From Cyanophora paradoxa CCMP329 (lineage: Eukaryota; Plantae; Glaucophyta), in assembly GCA_004431415.1 (NCBI GenBank), contig QPMI01000134.1:46871-110870 (forward strand): DNA of 64,000 bases, in the 5' to 3' direction. Below the pieces are notes generated by a model that made no database searches, had not been told where the DNA came from, and saw only the letters and a list, made by a program, of their open reading frames with translations. Below, piece by piece: positions 12,926-23,817 of this stretch. A program made the translations under genes and the position numbers. How positions within the stretch are numbered: the first letter of the stretch is position 1; each line of letters begins with the position of its first letter.

Positions 12926-15389
12926 GCCTGCGGGGGCGCGCGGCCCAGAGCGAGCGATTCGAATTCGTTGGTTCTAGACCGGGATCCCCCCAGCGGCAAC
13001 TAGCAAGCAATCCAGGCCATGCGCCCGCCCGGAGGAGCGCACTTTCGACGGATCGACTTCCCGCAGAAGAGCCGAGCTTTCGGGCCCGACGGAGCCCGCC
13101 CGGTCAGAAATCCTCGCCGGTCGCGTGCTGTCTAGATCTGCTGGACGCTCGCCCGCTGCCCTGTGGAGCTGCGCGCCGGTACAAGCAAGCAATGAGCGAA
13201 CGACAGGAGCGATGCAAGAAACCCGTCGGCTTCGCACCTGCCGCGACAAACACCGCCTACACCGCCGTAACACCGAGGCCTCTGCGGCGTCGTACACGCC
13301 GTCCGAGGCCGTCCGACGCCGTCCGCGGCCGGCCGCCCGAAGCGCCGGGGTACGGGGTGCGGACGCACCTCGGGCACTGCTGCTTCCATTGCTGTGGTAC
13401 CTGTCAGCGCTGCGCATGCCTTTTCACTTCAGTACTTCCACTGCAGACTGGCAGCAGCACGCAGCCGAATCAGCAGCGAAGCTCTGGTCTCCGGCTTCGG
13501 CGACCGGGACGCGGCCGCGGGCGAGACGTCGACTCGGACCCGGCAGCCGCAGCGCTAGCGGAGGCCTATAGCTAGGCTATGGCGGATCGATATCGGAGCA
13601 CAGCGGCGGATATCGATCGGAGCACAGCGCCGGAGCACTCGCGTCGGCCGTCCTATTGGCGCTAGCTATTGAACTATTGACGCCGGCTTCGCGGACGCCA
13701 TGCCGGAGCAGAGCGCCGGCCGTCCGATTGCCAGCGCTAGCTATATATATAGCGGCCGCGCCGCGGTACCCGGTATCGCGTAGCGCTCCGATGGCCTGCA
13801 GCTGCAGCTGCAGCTGCGCGGGCTGCGGCGCGCGCGCGCGGCGGGAAACGGCGGGGCGCCTCCGCCGCAGCGCCGATTGTGAGGGCGGCGCCGGCGCCCC
13901 TATGGCTAGGGAGAGTGGCGGTCGCTAGGGAAGCGTAGCGCGAGGCGGACTCCGGGCCGGGGCAGGGCGGAGTGGCGGCCATCTAACTTAGCACATCGCG
14001 ATCGAGGCGCGAAGCGCGAGCACCCCGGGCACGCCGCCGGACCCGGCCCCTCCCCCTCTCCCTCCGAGACTCCGCGCCCGGAGGAGAGAGGGCGCCCGCC
14101 CCGTACCCCTCCCGCCGGCCCCTCTTCTTCTCGGGACCAGGGCCCGCCTCGCCACACCGTACCCCTTTGTCCCCAAACCCCCGCTTACCCCCTCGCCTCG
14201 CCCCCCCCTCCCCCCTCGCCTCGCCCCACGCCCTCGCCTCGCCCCACGCCCTCGCCTCGCCCCACGCCCTCGCCCGCAGATCGCAGGCTTGTGGCGCCGG
14301 CCCCCGCGCCTCCCGCAGGCCTCGCTGCCCGCTCTCCCCCCGCCGCCCCGGGCCGCCCCGGGCCGCTGTCTCGGGGCCATCTGAGCCGTCTGAGCCGTCT
14401 GAGCCGTCCCGCCCCGGCTCTCCCCGGCCGCCCTCCCTCCCCCCTGCCTTTTCCTGTCCCTCTCGCTGTCCCGCCCCGGCCCGCCTCTCGATCTACGCTC
14501 CACCTCTCTTCGCTCACTTCCGCCGGCCCTCTTCGCTTTCAGCCCCCTCGAGGCTCGCCCGTTTAGCTCCCGACCTCCCAGCTGCAGTCCCACGCAGCCT
14601 TTCGGGATTTCCCCCCAAGCTGCCTCGTCTCCGAGTCGGCGCCTCGACTGAATGTAGCGGATCCAGATCCTCCCACGGAACCCCCCGGGCCCTCTAGATC
14701 CCCCCCCCCCACCCCCCTCCCCCCCCCTCCACGCCGCCTCCGGATCCTGCACGGGCCCGGAGCCTCGGAGGCGACGCGACTCCCTTGCTCTTTATTCTGT
14801 ATACCGTACTATGTTCTTGTACATGTCCTTATTCCGAAGTTCTAGTTGTGTTTTAAGCCTATATATTCTAATCGCGCCTTGTAATTACTCTAGTTGTATT
14901 CTAGATCTGACTCCGGATCCGTGACAGCGCATGCCGCAGTGCAGCCTCGAGATCCGAGAGGTGAACCTGCGAAGCTCTCTGCCGCAGTGCCACAGCTCCA
15001 CTGCGGCACTGCAATTGCTCTGCGCCGGTCCCGGGGACGCTCATGACTCAGCCTGCAGCTGGGGGGTGTGTGATCCGATCCACTGGCCATGGGCCATGAT
15101 CATCGGATGCTCAGCCTGGCAGCTGCAGCCTGGCAGCGGTCAGCTGCAGATCACGATCGCTGCCAGGCCGATCATGAGTCATGAACACGATCCGATGCCA
15201 TGATGATCAGCTGCAGCTGCAGCTCCGAGGCTCGGGATCCTCAGCTATTATTCTAGATATCGTTGACTGTTTCATGATCATGATCATGATTAGCTGCATG
15301 CCCGGATAGCCCAGGTCGGCCCTCGAGCTTGGAGGCTTCCCTTTCTTCCTTCCCTTCCTTCCAATAACACTTCGCGGACACTGTCCTGC

Positions 15390-15570
15390 CTACTTCCGCT
15401 TGGCGCCGGCGGGGGGCGTCTTGCGGGCCACCTCCGAGCGGCTCGCCGGCCGCGTGGGGGCCGCCTCCTTCGGCGGCTCGGGCTCCGCTGGCTTGGCCGC
15501 CTCCGCCGGGGGCGCCGGCGGCGGCGGCGTCTCCGCGCCGGCTGCGACCGGACCGGAGGCGCGCGCGGTT
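15390..15570 (-). pseudogene. Orphan 3' gene fragment (Pro/Ala/Glu-rich, ends PAGAKRK*); second copy at ~37408-37585
   Basis: Coding-like GC-rich stretch cut at its 5' end by AT-rich sequence. Confidence 0.4.
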
Positions 15571-16383
15571 AATTTAACATCTCGGTATACGTACTTGTAA
15601 ATATTCGTGCATGTGTCGCATGCAAGATTATCGTGCATGCGGAGCTAGATAGTGCAGCCTTCGTGCTGCTAGTTGCTAGTGCAGCCTACGTGCTGCTAGG
15701 GCCGACGTCGGCGTCAGTACGCCTCGGCCACCGCTTATTATAGCTACTACGGGTACGCCGGGCCTGTCCGGGTACAGATCACTCTTAGGGATACACTGTT
15801 CTAGAGAATACTACAGAGCGATAGCGATCCCTCGCGATCCCACGCGTCCCGCCGAGCCCAGGGTCGGCAGGTCGCATCCCCGCGTGCCTACACACTAATC
15901 CCGCACGCGACAGGCGCCATCCTGCCGGGAACTGAATCTTGAAGGGTCGCATCTTGCGACACCAGGTCCGATCGCTGCGCCCCCGGCCTCGCCGCGCGTG
16001 CGCCGCGTCGCCAGTAGTGCGTAGTGTGTGTCCGCATCAGCCCACAGTAAGCGGAACGCATAGTTCCGCCGAAAAGTGGGAGCCGCGTTCCGGTATACGG
16101 TTCTGCGTGCTGCACGGGGCGATCCGTCGTCCTGAGCCTGACTGCTCGCCGGCTTCGTGCCGTGCCGCCGGCCTCGCGCCGAGCCGCCGAAGTTCCCCGC
16201 AAGGGCAACTTTGAGCCATCGCCAATCCTAAGCCCGAGGGCCTGGATTGTGCACCGGTGTGCTGCGTAAGCAGCATATCGTCGCCTGTGAAGTCGGAATC
16301 TCGCGGTTCGCGCGAGATCCGGCATCAAAAGAGCTTCGTGCTCAAATTTGATCTGTATTGAAAGTGGTCTTTGAGTGCCCGCC

Positions 16384-17304
16384 ATGTCGCGGCTCCCAAT
16401 GACTGTCACTGCGAGCATGCGCGAGTACATGATCGCTTCAAATGCGATCACTCCGGACTCCGGCATGTCCGTCCAGCAGCTCACTGCTGAGGCGCCGGCG
16501 CGCGACGAGAAAGGGCACCTTATTGTGTCCCTGCTTCCCGCGCGGCCCACGCTGCAAGAAGTGGACGCTTGGCTCGGCCAGATTGGCAACAGTGCGTCTC
16601 AGACGACGAAGTATGCCACCGAGCCCGAGCCGGGGCCCCAGGGCCCGAACTTCGCTAAGGTCGAGGCTCTCGCGGGCCACATGCTTAGCAACATGGCCCG
16701 CGGGCCAATCTCCGACCTCATCGTGCGCCGCCGCGGGCACCTTGACTCGCTCAAGGCTACACTCGCGGAGAAGCGCACCCGTGTGGCCGTGCTGGAAGCC
16801 CTCGATGAGGAGGCGCGCACGAACGAGACCGACGGTGAACTGCTCCTCCTGCAGGACACGATCCGCCGCGTCGAGGCCGAGTTTAACGCCGGCCGGGACA
16901 CGTACATGCGTGCGCCAGGCCTCAAGGCTTTCATTTTGGCGGCCGCCGCGAAGGGCCTGCCGTTTGAGTCTGAGAAGGCGATCCTGGCCCCGTTCACCGG
17001 CGAGGACCCGCTGACGTGGCTTAACTGGATCAATCCGTACCTCTGGCACACGCTGCCGCAGGGGAAAACGTACGCGGAGCACCTGCTCCACGTGCTCAAG
17101 AATGCTCTCGTGCGGCGTAAGACGGGCAACGACCCGCAGTACCGGAACTTCGACGTCCGGTCCTCAACCGTGGCTGAGCGCAATCAGTACACGATGGAGC
17201 GCTTCCGCGACGAGCTGCAGGCTCAGATCGCGCGCCAGGGCGCCGCCTCACGCCCCTTGGGGTTGAACAAAGTCATACGCCTCTCCAAGGGGGGAAGGAG
17301 TTAA
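16384..17304 (+). CDS. Intronless ~306-aa ORF, probably gag-like, of a pol-deleted LTR retroelement
   Basis: The only long intronless ORF of ordinary composition in the GC-rich block. It is helical/coiled-coil-like with an FTGEDPLTWL motif and runs straight into a PPT-like tract and an LTR-like segment. Confidence 0.5.
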   Translation: MSRLPMTVTASMREYMIASNAITPDSGMSVQQLTAEAPARDEKGHLIVSLLPARPTLQEVDAWLGQIGNSASQTTKYATEPEPGPQGPNFAKVEALAGHMLSNMARGPISDLIVRRRGHLDSLKATLAEKRTRVAVLEALDEEARTNETDGELLLLQDTIRRVEAEFNAGRDTYMRAPGLKAFILAAAAKGLPFESEKAILAPFTGEDPLTWLNWINPYLWHTLPQGKTYAEHLLHVLKNALVRRKTGNDPQYRNFDVRSSTVAERNQYTMERFRDELQAQIARQGAASRPLGLNKVIRLSKGGRS

Positions 17305-17568
17305 GGAGGAGTACGCACGTCTCCGCCCTGGAAGCGGCCCCTCCACAACCCCCCCCCCCCCCCCCCCCCCCCCGCCCCCCCGCTCTGTATTGGCTACATT
17401 AAGCCGTATTGGCGTATTGTTAATAGCCACGTTAAGCCACACACATATAAATATCTGTGGAACCTCAGGGGCCTATCATAACTCGAAGCTGAATTGGAAA
17501 GTTACCCCATTGAATCAATATATAAACAGACCAACCAACCAGACGCTCCAACTGGCTTCTCTCCAACT
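17287..17568 (+). mobile_element. Polypurine tract (17287-17298) plus a 270-bp LTR-like segment with AGTT...AACT termini
   Basis: AAGGGGGGAAGG is followed by AGTTAAGGAG. The segment contains TATAAA motifs and ends CTCTCCAACT just after the LRR-TIR2 stop. Copy at 39306-39586. No matching 5' LTR was found. Confidence 0.45.
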
Positions 17569-17584
17569 TGGCCCGCTAGCGCGG

Positions 17585-19331
17585 CTAGCGCCGCAGCAGG
17601 TCGCGCAGGCCGGCGACGAGCTCGCCGGCCGCCGCGTCCGCCGCCGCCGCCCCCTCCCCGCGCTGCATCGTCCAGTTCACCGACGCCAGCATCATCTGCC
17701 GCCGTCCGCGGATCAGGCGAGCGTGGGGCGACCAGGGGGCGGGTGGGGCGAGGCGCGCTCTGTAGTCCACCGGCAGCTCGACCGTCCTGGGGTCGACGAG
17801 CCACACTGCCGCCGAGGGTGAGGCGGGGCGGGCGCTTGCAGGGCCCCAGGGCCCGCGGCACGCACCGGGGAACTTGGGATGCGCAGCTGGTGGTGGGCGA
17901 ACTGCATCTGCGGGGGGTCAGGAACATCGTCGGCCCGAACGTGAATCGGGGGGTCGCGTCGCGCCTCGTCGTCGCAGTTGTGGGAGCGGATGTACCCCGG
18001 TGACAGGAAGCAGACATACGTCCGGCAGCGCTGCATCGCCTCCTGCGCATGCCGCGCGCCCCGCGCGCTCGGCATGCTGGAAGGCGCGAGCGGTGGGCGA
18101 CGCGCACCCCGATCTTGGCCATCCACTTCTGGCCCGCCTTGAGCTCGCGGTCGACCCTGCGCGGGGCGAGGGCGTCAGCGGTGCGGGGCGGGGGAGGGGC
18201 GAGGAGAGGGGTGGCCTTGGAGGGGGGCGAACCATATCTTGAAGCCGGCGGCCTCGAGGGCGTCGCAGTAGCGGAAGACGAGCGTCGCGTCGACGTGGGC
18301 GTAGCTGCAGGCGGCGTGAGCACCGGCAGCGTGCGGCGGGGGCCGGGACAAGCGCCTGACGAAGCAGTCCCAGGCCTTGCCGTCGGCGGCCGGCTGCAGC
18401 GGGGGCGGGTGCTGCGGGACTGCAGCAGGCGCCTGCTGGGCGCGCTGGGCGGCCGGCGGGGAGGGCGCCGCTGGGGGACGGGCTCGCGTCGGGGGAAGGG
18501 AAGCACGGGCGGGGGTACACTGACCGGGGGCCGGAGGGGCCGGGGCGGCGGGCGCAGCGGGGCGCGGGGCGGCGGGCGCAGCGGGGCGCGCGGCAGGGGC
18601 GGCGGGCTGCGGTGGCGGGTGAGTGCGCGGTGGAGGCCGAGGGGTGAGGGGCTGGGAGTGGGGCGCACCGCGGGGGCGGGGAGGGAGCGGAGGTAGGGCA
18701 CGACGGCGGCGCACTGGGCTGTACCGTCGTACATGTTGTCATTAACGGCGCGGCGGACAAGCTCGGGCCACGAGTCCACGACGGGGTTGCCGCTCACGTA
18801 CAGCTCCTGCAGGGCGGCGAGGCGGCCGATCTCCGGCGGCAGCGCCGTGAGCTGGTTGTCACTCACGCCCAGCGTCTCCAGGCCGGCGAGGCGGCCGATC
18901 TCCGGCGGCAGCGCCGTGAGCTGGTTGTCACCCACGCCCAGCTCCTTCAGGGCGGCGAGGCGGCCGATCTCCGGCGGCAGAGCCGTCAGCTGGTTGTCAC
19001 CCACGTACAGCGTCTGCAAAGCGGCGAGGCGGCCGATCTCCGGCGGCAGCGCCGCCAGCTGGTTGCCCTGCACGTTCAGCCACCGCAGGGCGGTGAGGCG
19101 GCCGATCTCCGGCGGTAGCGCCGTCAGCCGGTTGTTGCTCAACCACAGCTTCTCCAGGTTCGTCAGCTTCGCGAGCTCGGCCCCCGGGATGCGCGTGAGC
19201 TTGTTATAGCCGAGGTCGAGCTCGCGGATGTTCGCCGGCCCCGCTCGCGCGATCTCCGCCGCCGGCCACTCCGTCCGCCCCTCCTTCTCCAGGTCCAGCT
19301 TCCCCTCCGCCGGGATCCACCCCTTGCCCAT
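17585..19331 (-). CDS. LRR-TIR gene 2: LRR head (6 repeats plus C-cap) plus spliced bacterial-type TIR_2 domain
   Basis: ATG at 19331 (MGKGWIPAEGKLDL..). Exons give WDCFVSYAHVDATLVFRYCDALEAAGFKIWVDRELKAGQKWMAKIGEAMQRCRTYVCFLSPGYIRSHNCDDEMQFAHHQLRIP..LRDLLRR*, using GC-AG introns at 18305-18355 and 17908-17964. Confidence 0.88.
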
Positions 19332-19744
19332 GCCTGCGGGGCGGTCAGCCGCAGAAGCGCGCCGCGGGGAGCGCGCCCCCGCCCCGCCCGGCGGGTCCCC
19401 AGCCTGCGGGGGGCCGCCCGGCCCGCGCTGAGCCCCTCCCGCAGGGGGCGGTGCACGCGCGCGCCGGGCTCTGCCTTTACCGGCCGCCCCGCCCCGCCCG
19501 AGTCGCGGCTCGGGGGAGCGACGGCGGCCTATGGGAGATTGCACCCCCACGCCCGGGCGCGCGCTGGGTCCTCCCCCCCTCCCCCCGTTCGTGGGTTGGC
19601 GAACGAGGCAGCAAGCGACGCCGGAGCGTGGGGCCCCCCCACAGGCCCGGCCCGTCGACTCGCCCCGCATCTTACCCGACGTCCGCGCGCCCGCCGCGTC
19701 GCTTGGTGGGATCAGTGCGGCCCCTCGCACGCTGCTAGGCGACC

Positions 19745-20110
19745 CGTGCGGCCCAGAGCGAATTCGAAGCGATTCGTAGATTCTAGACCGGCGGGATCCG
19801 CCCAGCGGCAACTAGCGAGCAACCGGCGTTCTGCGCCCGCCCGGAGGAACGCACCTTCGACGGATCGCCTTGCAGAAGCAGAGCCGAGCTTTCGGAACCG
19901 ACGGAGCCCGCCCGGTCAGAAATCCTTGCCGGTCGCGTGCTGCCTGCTGGCTGCTCGCCCGCTGCCCTGTGGAGCTGCGCGCCGGTACAAGCAAGCAATG
20001 AGCGAAGGACAGGAGCGATGCCAGAAACCCGTCGGCTTCGCACCTGCCGCGATGAATGCCGATTCACCGAAGCGCTTGGGTACGGCCACGCCGAAGCGCC
20101 GGGGTACGGT
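19745..20110 (-). promoter_or_regulatory. Upstream region shared by the LRR-TIR genes
   Basis: Clearly homologous to 12940-13360 and 34070-34490 (for example CGGAGCCCGCCCGGTCAGAAATCCT and GGTACAAGCAAGCAATGAGCGAA). Confidence 0.55.
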
Positions 20111-21076
20111 CGCGCCGCAGGCCTCCGCTGCTTTCTTGGCAGGCGGGCGGGTCTGTGAGCTGCATATACCTATAAACGGCGTTCCGGACCGGTGCACTAC
20201 TGCCCGTCCACTTCATCGTGCGCCAGCCTTCCAGAGCGATCATATGCATGATCAGGACGCAGGCGCAGCTGCAGCTGCAGTCATCAAGATGCAGCTGCGC
20301 CTGCGCACCGGCAGCTGCCGCCTGGCAGCCGGGCCCGAGGCCATGGCGGAGCAGAGCGCCGTCCGCGGTGGCGGGTCGACCCGCTCCTCGTTCAGCAGTA
20401 CTTCTGTAAATCCAGCAGCACTCGGGCCGCCTGGCTGTCCGCCCGCTCGCTTTGGAGCGAGATCTTGGCATCATCTTGCCCGGCCTGGGGTACAGCCCGC
20501 TGTGCAGGCTCCTTCTGATCACGGCTTCAGCGATGCTTCTCTGCGATTTGGTACGCTCGCGCTCCTTCTCACTCGGCTCCTGTACCGCTCTGATCGCCGA
20601 GGCTCGCAGAGCTCGCTTCGCCTCGCGCGCGGCGCCGGCACATGTACGACCGAACACGCGCGTGCGAGCGGGGGCCTCGCGCCCGGCGGATCGCACACAA
20701 TCGCCCTCGGTTGCTCGAGCCCCGTCGACCCGCGCGTGCGCGTATGCTTGCGCGCTACGAGCACAGCGGCGCCGGCGCGGCCGCGGGCGGCGCGGCGCGG
20801 GAGGAGGGCGCGGTGCGGCCGCGGGCGGCGCGGTGGACGAAGAGCCTCGGGCGCGCTCCGAGCGGCTCGCTCGGACGAGAATCCTGGAGCACGCCTGCGC
20901 ACTCTTTCTTCTCCACCCAGGCATCAGGCGCACCGCCTCACAAGCGCACCGTCCTGCGCCGCCTCCGCCAGTGCGTTCGGGAGGTGAGGCCGCCCGCCCC
21001 GCGCCCGCCCCGCGCCTTTCCGCCCTGCCTCACCCTAGGCCCGCCCCGCCCCGCCCCGGGCGGCGGGCCCCGCAGA

Positions 21077-23817
21077 TGTTCCGCGCGCTGGCGCGGCTGC
21101 CGGCGCTGCGGTCGCTCTGCGCGGACCGGTCGGGCCTCGGGGAGGAGTCCGCGACGCACCTGCAGGAGCTGGTGCAGCAAAGTCGCCGCAGGGCAGGGGC
21201 AGCCGGCGGGCGGGCAGAGGGCCAGCGGTCCCCCGGCCCTGAGAAGGCGGCGCCCTCGATCGGGAGCTCTGCCTCCCTGGAGGCCGCCCCCGCCCCGGAC
21301 GCGGCGGGGCTCCCGGCGACCCTCAAGCCCCGCCCCGCGCTGCCGCCCGCCGCCGGAGCCGGAGCCGGAGCCGGCGCCGGCGCCGGATCCTCCCTCGTCG
21401 CCGCCGCCGGCGCCGCCGCGCCCCGCCCGTCAACAACGACGACGACAGCGTCGGCTTCTCCCCCGCCGCCGCCTCCGCCCGGGCTCTCGCCCCGACTCCT
21501 TCAGCTGGCAGCAGCCGGACCAGCGGCGGCCCTCGACCAGCGACGGCCTCGCCGGCCCGGGCCTCCTCCCGCCGGGCGCTGTCATCGCCGGCATCAGGTC
21601 CGCCCGCCCGCCCGCCCGCCCGCCCGCTGCGCTGCGCCGCACAGAAGATGCTTGCTGGCCGCTCTGTCTACCTTTCCATCTCTGTCCACCTGTCCTTGAC
21701 CCGCCCTCCCGCCGGGATGCAGGCGGGCGTCGACGGCGGCGAGCCTTCCGCGCACCTACTCCGGCACCTCCCTCGCATCCACCGTCCTCCTCAACCCGCC
21801 CCAAGTGAGACCAACCTTCCTCCATCTAACTAACTAAAAACAGAGACAGAACAGAGGTGATAGGTCTACTGAGCCTCCTCTAACTAACTAACTAATTCAC
21901 CTTGAGACCATCCTTCCCCCACCTAACTAACTAACTCTCTCGAACTAAATAACGAATCTCCCTCTTCTTGTTCTCCCCCCCTCTTCTTCTTCTGCCGCCC
22001 CTCACGCCCCTCGCAGACGGCGCCGGCGGGCCCGCCGAAGCGGCCGAGCGGCCTGAGCGCCCTCCAGGTCCACCCCACCCTTCCCCACCCCCTCCCCCCC
22101 CATCCCCCCCTCCCCCCCTCCCCCCCCTCCCCCCCCCCCCGAGAAGCTTGGATCTAGCCGGACGTGACGCAAGGAGCCTATTGAACCTAGAGAACGCCCG
22201 CCGAGGGGCCCCGGGCCCGGCCCCGCCACCCCCTGGGGCAGACCAGGCGCCTCGCCCCCCGCCCGCGCCCTCCTCCTCATCGCGGGGGCAGGCGCTGCTG
22301 GACGCGAGCCCGGTGGTCTTCGGCGCGGAGGAGCTCGCCCGCGAGGAGCGCCGCCTCCGCCGCCGCCGCCGGTGCGAGCCGCCCGCCCCCGCCCCGGCCC
22401 CGCCCCGCCCCGGCGCCACGTCGTCGCTAGCTGTAGCTGTCTAGAGCTACTACACCTTGAATGCTATAGAACGAGGCCTCTTCTGACGGTGCCGCGCAGG
22501 CTGGCGAGGCAGGCGGCGGCGGAGGCGCGGGCGGACGCGGAGCGCGTCGCCACGCCGGCGGCCCTGCAGCAGATGCAGCTGCAGCACTCGGCGACGGCCC
22601 CGGGGGCGCTCGCGCCGGGCCTGGCGGGGGCGGTGGCGCAGCTCGCCGCGCGGCGCATGTCGCGGCGCATGTCCCTCATGAAGCTCGCCGAGCTCGCCGC
22701 CCAGGGCGCCGAGGTCTCCGCCTTTCTGAGGTGCCGCCCTCCTCCCTTCGGCGCGTCCGCAGAGGCTCACCTCGTTCGCCGCGGCGCAGCTCGGACGGCT
22801 CGCCGCTGCGGCAGCCGGCAGGCGGCAGCGGCGGGGCCGGCGCGTGGAGCGAGGAGAGCAGCTCGGGGAGCAGCGCGGAGGAGGCGGCCGCCGGCTCGGC
22901 GCAGGAGGAGGACGAGGCCGAGGAGGAGCGGATGCGCGAGGCGCGCCCGCCGCTGTTCGCCTTCGTTCGCTTCCGTTTGCTGTCCGCTGAGGGGGGTCCC
23001 GGGCGCAGGAGGACCCGCTGAGCCTCACGGGCTGGGCGAACGCTCGCCAGGCGAAGAAGGCGCGGCACCGGGGGGCGGGGGCGGGGCCCGCGGCCCCCGG
23101 GCAGGAGGGCAGGGCGGCCGCCGCGGCTGCGGCGAAGGGCCGCTCAAGTCGGGCGGCGTGGGGGCCCGCCTCTTCCGGTTGTACATGGCGGTACCCCTCC
23201 CGTCCATGCGGCTCCTCAGGGAGCGCGGCCCCCGCTCCCCCTCCCCGGACTCCCGCTCGGCCTCTCCCCCCCGGGCCCAGACCGCCGCCGGCCGCGTCCG
23301 CGTCTCCACCCCCCTCGACCCCGTCCACCAGGCGGTGCGCGTGCCCCCTCTCCGCCTCCATCTCACTCCCCCCCTCCTCTTGACCTGGGTACGGCAGGCT
23401 CTGGACTTTGCAAACGCGCGGGCGGAGGCGCGGAGGCTGCGGCAGGAGGCCGGCATGAGCGCGTCCGCGGGGAGCCTCTCCTTCGGCGACCTACCCCCCC
23501 CGCCCGGCGACCTCCCGCCGGGCCTCAGATACGTACCCCCGCCGCGGAATAGGCGGGAGTCCACGGCGGACGGGGTACGCCGCTCCTCTGCGTCGGGCGG
23601 GGGGCGCCGGAGGAGCAGCATACTGGCGCCCGCCGGATCCGAACCGCCGCCCGCCGGCGCCGGCGCCGGGCTGGGGCCCCAGGGGCGGGGCCAGGGGCAC
23701 CTCTCCGTCACGCAGTCGGCCCCCTCGCTCGGGGGCCCGGGCCTGCGCTCCGGCGCCCGCCCCGCGACGGTCCCCGCGGAGCCCGCCCGCCCGCACCTGC
23801 CCCCGGGGGCGGCGTGA
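21077..23817 (+). pseudogene. Chimeric paralog: an LRR-like exon fused to a diverged copy of the START-gene 3' half
   Basis: MFRALARLPALRSLCADRSGLGEESATHLQELVQQ joins at ~21180 to sequence homologous to 8338-10811. No START exons are present. Confidence 0.6.

Noticed and set aside
11308-19331. Toll-like receptor or NLR
   Set aside because: No signal peptide, transmembrane helix or P-loop NTPase lies between the LRR and TIR.
17502-19811. 769-aa ORF as one protein
   Set aside because: It reads through the 5' region and introns of LRR-TIR2. Only the LRR exon and small pieces are in this frame.
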